Positions 51,571 to 64,000 of a stretch of 64,000 nt of DNA are shown here, one piece after another. Where the stretch lies: NCBI GenBank assembly GCA_024346625.1, contig AP024664.1, positions 2,108,001 through 2,172,000 of the forward strand, read 5' to 3'. Origin of the DNA: Williopsis jadinii. Lineage: Eukaryota. The position numbers were made by a program, and so were the translations under genes. The stretch's first letter is position 1. Each line of letters starts with the position of its first letter. The notes beneath the pieces were generated by a model, which saw only the letters and a list, made by a program, of their open reading frames with translations, had not been told where the DNA came from and made no database searches.

Positions 51571-52345
51571 GGGCTTAACTATGGGCGCTTAACTATGGGC
51601 GCTTAACTATGGGAGATTCACTATGAGACTTAACTATGGGATCTCTACTATGGGAGCTTCACTATAGGTGGTTAACTATGGGAGTTCCACTATAGGTGGT
51701 TAACTACGGGGATGGTAGGTGGTGTTGCCCGTTCCCGAAAAACAAACTGGGAGTTAACTATGGGCGTTAACTATGGGGTTCCACTATGAAGGTCTTTAAT
51801 TTTTCCTGAAGTTATTCGCATCCATGAAAATCTATACTTTCAAGGGGTATTTAATTTTTGTTGATGTAGTGCGCGGCCCAAAAAATCTATAGAGGTTAAA
51901 CTTTGGTGAAGTTATTCGCATCCATGAAAATCTATACTTCCAAGGGGTATTTAATTTTTGTTGATGTAGTGCGCGGCCCAAAAAATCTATAGAGGTTAAA
52001 TTTTGGTGAAGTTACTCGCTTCCATGAAAATCTATACTTTCAAGGGGTATTTAATTTTTGTTGATGTAGTGCGCGGCCCAAAAAATCCATAGAGGTTAAA
52101 TTTTGGTGAAGTTACTCGCTTCCATAAAAATCTATACTTCCAAGGGGTATTTAATTTTTGTTGATGTAGTGCGCGGCCCAAAAAAAATCTATAGAGGTTA
52201 AATTTTGGTGAAGTTACTCGCTTCCATAAAAATCTATACTTCCAAGGGGTATTTAATTTTTGTTGATGTAGTGCGCGGCCCAAAAAAAATCTATAGAGGT
52301 TAAATTTTGGTGATGTTATTCGCATCCATAAAAATCTATAGGGAT
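51571..52345. repeat. 14-bp minisatellite (short, 51571-51789) and ~100-bp repeats (51795-52345)
   Basis: Copy of 39177-39950. Confidence 0.9.
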
Positions 52346-53014
52346 TCCATATGGGAGTTCCATGGGGGTTCCATGGAAATCTTCAATTTTAGTGATGTGG
52401 CGCGCGATCTTGAAAATCTAACTACAAGACTTGGTCTATATGGACTGTCTACAATAGATGTTTCCAGTAGATGCCCACCTTTTTGGTTGGGTTGCGCCCT
52501 GTTGAAAAATTCATTTGTAGGTGTTGATGTATAAAGTGTAAGAAGAACAAACCTCTCTAACAATCGACGAGAGGGTGGACTGAAAACCAAATCCATCGAC
52601 GGTTGCCCTAAAATGAAAAATTTTTCACTGTTGCTCACACCGGAAAATTTTTTCCATGTTTGCGTCGCTTTTTTGTTGTGCTGCACGGACCGGAAAAATT
52701 TTTCATCTTTGCGTCCCTTTTTTGTTGTGCTGCACGGACCGAAAAATCTCACTTCCGGAACACTCTGAAACCGAATCTCAATTTCGGGACGGCCAACAAC
52801 AAAATATGTGGCCTGTCCCAAAAACGCGTGGCCGAAATCTTGAAAATCCAAAATGTATGAGGCGAACCCAAAACATTGACGCAGGGTATATGCAGGCGGT
52901 AGACGGCGTTGGTATAGCTCTGAGACTACAGACGATTGAAGAATTCAAAATACAGAAAACACAAGTCCACACCTGATCAGTCTTCCAAAGATGAAAGAGG
53001 CTCGGAGGTACTAC

Positions 53015-53715
53015 ATGTGGGAGCGTTTGGACGATTTGAAAAAGTCGTCTGGAGTGGCCCACAGGCCTTGTTGGACGGTGGTGAAGGTGCTAGTGTGGTC
53101 GCCAGACTGTGCTTGCCTTGTACACCGTGTCGACATGGGCGGGGATGGGTTCGTTGGGCATTCGGTAAGTGAAGGGAGACTCTCCTTCCATCAACAACAC
53201 CTTCTTTGCCCGTTCTGGGTTTAGGGAGAGACCATAGGGGGGATCCTTTTTCTTTTGATGTTTTTCGGCCTACGCCTGAGCAGTCCCGTCTGGGAGTTCT
53301 TCCACGGGCGGGCACTGAGGGATTTAGTGGACTACTAGCCTATGGCAAGTGTTGTAACTAGAATCCTGGGGGCATACCTGCCTGGATAACCGTAGCGATA
53401 CGTGAGTCCAGGCGGCGTGACCTCCTCTCAAGCCAGTGATGCTAAACCCGGGACGCATGAAACACGGCACTGGAGTTTAGCGGAGCCTGTGCTAGAGGAA
53501 ATTTAAAGAGGGCTATATGGATGTGTTCTGTTCCCTGCCTGGGTTCTCCAGGCCGGGGGCAAGCACCAGCAGTTCTAACGAACTACTGCTTACCACATAA
53601 TATCTTCAGGGAGAACTTCTCCCGCTGGGAACGGGGGCGGACCCGGCTCTAGGCAGCGTAGGCACACCGGCCTAGTCAGCTCCGCCTAGACGACACCCCC
53701 TAACCAAAGGATAGT
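53015..53715 (+). other. 5'ETS; predicted Pol I start at 53015
   Basis: Same start context; a few private variants around 53240 and 53550-53630. Confidence 0.78.
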
Positions 53716-54810
53716 TATCTGGTTGATCCTGCCAGTAGTCATATGCTTGTCTCAAAGATTAAGCCATGCATGTCTAAGTATAAGCAATTTATACAGTGAA
53801 ACTGCGAATGGCTCATTAAATCAGTTATAGTTTATTTGATAGTACCTTACTACTTGGATAACCGTGGTAATTCTAGAGCTAATACATGCTAAAAACCCCG
53901 ACTGCTTGGGAGGGGTGTATTTATTAGATAAAAAATCAATGCCCTCGGGCTCTTTGATGATTCATAATAACTTGTCGAATCGCATGGCTTTACGCCGGCG
54001 ATGGTTCATTCAAATTTCTGCCCTATCAACTGTCGATGGTAGGATAGTGGCCTACCATGGTGGCAACGGGTAACGGGGAATAAGGGTTCGATTCCGGAGA
54101 GGGAGCCTGAGAAACGGCTACCACATCCAAGGAAGGCAGCAGGCGCGCAAATTACCCAATCCTAATTCAGGGAGGTAGTGACAATAAATAACGATACAGG
54201 GCCCTTCTGGGTCTTGTAATTGGAATGAGTACAATGTAAATACCTTAACGAGGAACAATTGGAGGGCAAGTCTGGTGCCAGCAGCCGCGGTAATTCCAGC
54301 TCCAATAGCGTATATTAAAGTTGTTGCAGTTAAAAAGCTCGTAGTTGAACTTTGGGCCTGGCAGGCCGGTCCGCTTTTTGGCGAGTACTGACCCTGCCGG
54401 GCCTTTCCTTCTGGCTACCCTCCCCTCTGGAGAGGCGAACCAGGACTTTTACTTTGAAAAAATTAGAGTGTTCAAAGCAGGCCTTTGCTCGAATATATTA
54501 GCATGGAATAATAGAATAGGACGTTTGGTTCTATTTTGTTGGTTTCTAGGACCATCGTAATGATTAATAGGGACGGTCGGGGGCATCAGTATTCAGTTGT
54601 CAGAGGTGAAATTCTTGGATTTACTGAAGACTAACTACTGCGAAAGCATTTGCCAAGGACGTTTTCATTAATCAAGAACGAAAGTTAGGGGATCGAAGAT
54701 GATCAGATACCGTCGTAGTCTTAACCATAAACTATGCCGACTAGGGATCGGGTGTTGTTTTTATAATGACTCACTCGGCACCTTACGAGAAATCAAAGTC
54801 TTTGGGTTCT

Positions 54811-54879
<69 letters not shown>

Positions 54880-55318
54880 GCGGCTTAATTTGACTCAACA
54901 CGGGGAAACTCACCAGGTCCAGACACAATAAGGATTGACAGATTGAGAGCTCTTTCTTGATTTTGTGGGTGGTGGTGCATGGCCGTTCTTAGTTGGTGGA
55001 GTGATTTGTCTGCTTAATTGCGATAACGAACGAGACCTTAACCTACTAAATAGCGCGACTAGCTTTTGCTGGTGCTGACGCTTCTTAGAGGGACTATCGA
55101 TTTCAAGTCGATGGAAGTTTGAGGCAATAACAGGTCTGTGATGCCCTTAGACGTTCTGGGCCGCACGCGCGCTACACTGACGGAGCCAGCGAGTCTAGCC
55201 TTGGCCGAGAGGTCATGGGTAATCTTGTGAAACTCCGTCGTGCTGGGGATAGAGCATTGCAATTATTGCTCTTCAACGAGGAATTCCTAGTAAGCGCAAG
55301 TCATCAGCTTGCGTTGAT

Positions 55319-55364
<46 letters not shown>

Positions 55365-55448
55365 AATGGCTTAGTGAGGCTTCAGGATTGGCTTATGGCG
55401 GGAGGCGACTCCTGCCTGGAGCCGAGAATCTAGTCAAACTTGGTCATT

Positions 55449-55506
<58 letters not shown>
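53716..55506 (+). rRNA. RDN18: 18S rRNA
   Basis: Canonical ends. Confidence 0.98.
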
Positions 55507-55646
55507 GAGAACCTGGGCCTGCGCTTCTAGCGCGGCTCCAACCAATACACAGTGTATTTTGCTTCTTTTGCTTTGGCTCTGCCAAAGGTTTTAAACACAG
55601 AAATTTATTTTCTCTAGAAACTAGTCAATTTGAATTTTAATCTTCA

Positions 55647-55804
55647 AAACTTTCAACAACGGATCTCTTGGTTCTCGCAACGATGAAGAACGCAGCGAAA
55701 TGCGATACGTAATGTGAATTGCAGGTTTTCGTGAATCATCGAATCTTTGAACGCATATTGCGCTCTCTGGCATTCCAGAGAGCATGCCTGTTTGAGCGTC
55801 ATTT
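55647..55804 (+). rRNA. RDN58: 5.8S rRNA
   Basis: Canonical ends. Confidence 0.98.
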
Positions 55805-55980
55805 CTCTCTCAAGATCCTCTAGGGGACTTGGTATTGAGTGATACTCTGTGTTAACTTGAAATACTCTAGGCAGAGCTCCCCCTAGAAATCCTCTGGGCC
55901 GAAATAATGTATTAGGTTCTACCAACTCGTTATTTTCCAGACAGACTTCCAGGCAGAGCTCGGCTGAACAACCTTTCTAA

Positions 55981-59366
<3,386 letters not shown>

Positions 59367-59683
59367 TGTTTCGGCAACTCTATTTTTTGCTGGCGGGTGC
59401 CAGCTGGGGATAGAGTGTCACACAGTTGCCGTAGGCGACTGTGTATTTGTTTTGGTGACGGTAGGGTAATCTTTGGTGTGAGTGGTGTAGTTTTTGCTTT
59501 TTTGTCACGGGGTGTGTGGGTGTTGTGATGAAGATGGTCTCTGAGGTTTTATGACGGTAGGGTAACAGTTGGTGTGAGTGGTTGAATTTTTTTTAATTTT
59601 TCACCAGAGCTCCCAGGAGGAATTTTTGTTTTTCGTGAGGGGAGGGGGTTTCCACCGGCTAGGCTGGGCTGGGCTTCCAGGCT

Positions 59684-59883
59684 GGGCTTAAAAAAGTTAG
59701 GCGGGTGGTCAGCCTAAAAAGCTAGGCGGGTGGGATAAGCCTAGAAAGCTAGGCGGGTGGTCAGCCTAAAAAGCTAGGCGGGTGGGATAAGCCTAGAAAG
59801 CTAGGCGGGTGGTCAGCCTAAAATGCTAGGCGGGTGGTCAGCCTAAAATGCTAGGCGGGATGGGCTTAAAATGTTAGGCGGGT
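59684..59883. repeat. IGS1 25/29-bp repeats
   Basis: Copy of 47292-47491. Confidence 0.92.
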
Positions 59884-60477
59884 CCACACTGGGGCACCAC
59901 AGACACCAAGTCCAAACACTTAGGAAAGACACCCAGACCAGACCAAGACCAACCTATGGCTACACCAACAGATTCCCACAACGACAACCACGGGAAATGG
60001 GAATGTGGCCCCAAAGTGGGATTTTACCAAAACCGTTAGTATGGGGATCCCCCAGGCAGTGGGAATTTCCGGTTACGAGCGCTGGCGAGGATTTTCTAAT
60101 TTTGCGAGAAGTGCGACCATCCCTCCGCGCCTGCGCCGCTGCGGGATGGTCATAATGATTTAAAAAAACTAGGGGTATCCGGTTCCGCCCCCGTATATAG
60201 GTATATATATGTGTGTAGATGGGTGGGTGGTGGTGGTGGTTGACGGGGGGGGAGGGGGGTTTATATAGTTTTGGGTGGTGTTGGGTGGTCACGTGGGTCA
60301 CGTGAGTGGTGTGCGGGTGGTGTGTGTGGTGTAAGGGTGTGCAGTCACCGGGCGGGTCACGTGGATGGTGTTAGGGCTGGTGTAGGCCACGGCCACCAGC
60401 CGGGTAGACTACCCCTTTTGGGACACCGGGTAGACTGCCCCTTTTGGGAAGCCGGTTACCCAACTTGGGTAAAAAAA

Positions 60478-60598
60478 AGATTGCAGCACCTGAGTTTCGC
60501 GTATGGTCACCCACTACACTACTCGATCAGGCTCTTAGCAGCTTAACTACAGTTGATCGGACGGGAAACGGTGCTTTCTGCTAGATATGGCCGCAACC
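60478..60598 (-). rRNA. RDN5: 5S rRNA
   Basis: 121 nt, same sequence as the other copies. Confidence 0.98.
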
Positions 60599-60824
60599 GA
60601 AATGGAAGCGCGCGGGGGAGGTTACACTGCTTACACTGCTTACACCGCTTACTAAGCAGCTTACTAAGAACCGCTTACTAAGACACCGCTTACTAAGCAC
60701 TGTGTAGATGTAGCAGGTGGGTGTAGGGGTAAGGTCCAGCGGGCCCAGGGCATCCAGGGGGCTGTCTATAGCGGGAGCTATAGGGCGCGTCGTACGTGGA
60801 CGTGTAGCAGGTGTGTAGTGAGTG

Positions 60825-62840
60825 TCCATTGGGGGCCTGGGTGTCCAGCGGGCGGTCATTTGGTGATGATTCAGGAGTGAACCAGCGGTGAGTTGATGTC
60901 CACGGGTGGCCAGCGGGCCTCCAGGGGACCTCCAGGGGGCCTCTAGGGGATGGATCGTGGTCTCTAAGGTGGGTCTAGCATGTTTACAGTACATAGATGT
61001 GTGGAAGATGTCCATTGGGTGTCTGATTGTTTACTCGGGGTCCATTTGGTGTTGATTCAGGGGTGAGTTGATGTCCATGGATGTCCAGGGATGTCCACGG
61101 GATGTCCAGCGGGCGTCCATAGGCCTCTAGGGGCGTCCGGTGGCTATATCGTGGTCTCCAGGGTCTGTCCAGGGTATTCCCAGCATGTAGTTGTGTAGAA
61201 GATGTCCATTGGGTGTCTGATTGTTTACTCCGTGTCCACTTGGTGATGATTCAGCGGCAGCGAGCGTTGAGGGGGCCTCTAGGGGCCTCCAACGGGAGCC
61301 TGGTGGATGGATCGTGGTCTCCAGTGTGTTCCCAGCTTGTAGATGTCCATTGCATGTCCAATAAGTGTTTGGTTGTTGACCCGCTGTCCATTTGGTGTTG
61401 ATTCAGGGGCGAGATGATGTTCACGGGGCATCCACAGACCTCTAGCAAGAGCCTGGTGGATGTATCGTGGTCTCCAGCGTCTGTCCAGGGTATTCCCAGT
61501 GTGTAGATGTCCATTGAGTGTCCATTGGTGGCCTTGTTGTTTACACGGTGTCCACTTGATGATGATTCAGCGGCAAGCGAACGTTGATGGAGCGTCCAAC
61601 AAGCCTCTAGGGACCTCCAGCGGGAGCCTAGTCGATGCCTAGACATCCTTAGGTGGTCTCCAGCATCTTCCCTGTTTGTAGTTGTCCATTGAATGTCCAT
61701 TGGTGGCCTTGTTGTTGACACGGTGTCCACTTGGTGTTGATTCAGCGGCAAGCGAACGTCGACGAGGTGGCCACCAGGCATCCACAGACCTCTAGCAAGA
61801 GCCTGGTGGGTGGATTGTGGTCGCCAGGGTTGGTCTAGAGTATTTCCAGTGTGTTGATGTCCATTGAATGTCCAATAGATGGCTTGTTGTTTACCCGCCG
61901 CCCACTCGGTGATGTTTCAGCGGCGAGTTGATGTCCACAGTATGTCCACGGGGCAACCATAAGCCTCTAGCGACAGCCTGGTGGATGTATCACGGTCTCT
62001 AGCGTCTGTCCAGCGTATTCCCAGCAAGTAGATGTCCAATTGGTGTCCATTGGTGGCCTTGTTGTTGACACGGTGTCCACTTGATGATGATTCAGCGGCA
62101 AGCGAACGTTGATGGGGCCTTCACGCGGCAAACATAAGCCTCTAGCGAACGTCCAGTGGATGGACCGTGGTCTCCAGTGTCTGTTTGGCATGTTCCCAGT
62201 ACGTTGATGTCCAATTGGTGTCCATTGGTGGCCTTGTTGTTTACACGGTGTCCACTTGGTGTTGATTCAGCGGCGAGAAAACGTCGACGAGGTGGCCACC
62301 AGGCATCCACAGACCTCTAGCGATAGCCTGGTGGATGTATCGTGGTCTCCAGTGTCTGTTTGGCATGTGTCCAGTGTGTAGGTATCCATTGAATGTCCAT
62401 TGGTGGCCTTGTTGTTTACCCGCCGCCCACTCGGTGATGATTCAGCGGTGAGTTGATGTCCACAGTATGTCCACGGGGCAACCATAAGCCTCTAGCGACA
62501 GCCTGGTGGATGTATCGTGGTCTCTAGCGTCTGTCCAGGGTATTCCCAGCATGTAGTTGTCCAATTGGTGTCCATTGGTGGCCTTGTTGTTGACACGGTG
62601 TCCACTTGATGATGTTTCAGCGGCAAGCGAACGTTGATGGGGCCTTCACGCGGCAAACATAAGCCTCTAGCGACAGCCTGGTGGATGTATCGTGGCCTCA
62701 GGTTCTGTCCAGCATGTTTCCAATACATAGATGTCTAATTGGTGTCCATTGGGAACATCTTTGTTTACCCTCTACCCCCTTGATGTTCATTCAGGGAAAA
62801 GTTTTTTTTTTTCGCAAATTCACCGGCGAGAAAACGCCCA
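60825..62840. repeat. IGS2 ~175-bp sub-repeat array, about 11 copies (variant A)
   Basis: Copy of 48430-50445. Confidence 0.92.
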
Positions 62841-64000
62841 CGCGGTGGCCACCGGTTCAGGCATTAGCTCCGATCCAGGTAAAGTGGCCCCGCCAGCTTG
62901 GTGTCCAGCAGTAAATTGGCGCAATTCGGGATCAACCACCCCCATGTGGGGCCCGGAGTTTGACACATCCTCTAATATCCGCAACACTTAAATGCTTCCA
63001 GAACTCCACACACACATCCTACCACAACCAAAATCACTGTTCCACGCTCACAAAATTCACGCCTTTCCAATGAGACCAAAATACCCTGGTATTTCCACCA
63101 TTTGGGTTTTTCATTCCATTATTTTACTGTTAACATCTACCCAAATTTTATAATCCGAAAAAGACTCACCTATTCTCGGAGATATCCTAAATTAATATAT
63201 ACTATATAATCCCATAACTCGGGAACTAGCAGAGCTTTCGAGCTATAAACACCACTACTGGATAGCTACGCTCCAGAGGTTACCTATGGGTTTAAGTTGT
63301 TTCCCGGTTTATGGGTGCCCATCTCCCTGGAAAGCAAAACATGGTTTTTAGAGGGCAACCTGCATTTTCTCGGCGAACCCCGGTTTGTTCCAACTTTATC
63401 AAAAGTGGGTCTTTCATGGCCAAACTTGGGTCATATATTCACCTTCAGGAGTAGTACCTATGGTCCAACAGCCATGGATGGGTGCACTTTGCCCATTGTT
63501 CAGGAGGTATAAGTACAAAATTACATGCATAAATGTTGATTTTTGGGTGCCGCCGAGCAACCGGAATTAACCAGAGATGATGCAAGATGATAGTACTGTG
63601 TCAGTTACACCACCTTGGCTTATTAGATCGGTCAAATTCATCGCGCGTGGTGGTGCAATTTGCGTTTAAAGGGTGTATAAAATGGCTTTTTGGTGTAAGG
63701 ATGTTTGGGTGTTTGGATGAAATGTTTGGATGTTTTGGCAGGGTGGTGGGGGCAGGTGGGGGGCATATAATTGGATATTTTGGGATGGGGGCGATATGTT
63801 TGGGGAGTTTTTGGTATGGATCGGGAGGTTGGAGCGTGGTTTGAACCATTGGGCTTGTTGTGGTGTTTATGGCGTTTGTGCTGGGAGTGCGCTGGCTGTT
63901 ACAAGTGTTGGGGTGGTCGGATCTGGCTTTCCGGGGTGTTGCCCGTTCCCGAAAAACAAAGTGGGGGCTTAACTATGGGCGCTTAACTATGTGCGCTTAA

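Overview
Left edge of a budding-yeast (Saccharomycotina) rDNA array. From memory, ITS1/ITS2 resemble Cyberlindnera jadinii (Candida utilis); this is not database-checked. Positions 1-345 hold the 3' end of a P1B-type Cu-transporting ATPase gene, followed by about 3 kb of unique DNA with no long ORF. From about 3422 the window is rDNA of the S. cerevisiae type: 35S unit (5'ETS-18S-ITS1-5.8S-ITS2-25S) plus a 5S gene on the opposite strand, in units of 12.4-13.3 kb. The main anomaly is an orientation switch at 30173, with no gap. Two complete minus-strand units plus a partial spacer are fused to a promoterless plus-strand unit starting mid-ITS2, followed by two complete plus-strand units, giving a giant head-to-head quasi-palindrome. 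Error-like variants cluster on both sides of the junction, so a contig misjoin is at least as likely as a real inversion. The long spacer is built from four copy-number-variable sub-repeat families (175, about 100, 25/29 and 14 bp). It also carries recognisable cis-elements: Pol I start, U3-pairing sites, Rnt1-type hairpin, twin Reb1-like terminator sites, a Yap-type TTAGTAA cluster before 5S, Cbf1-type GTCACGTG boxes and forkhead motifs. Nearly all ORFs in the supplied track are shadows of rRNA or repeats. I found no new protein-coding system, mobile element or intron.
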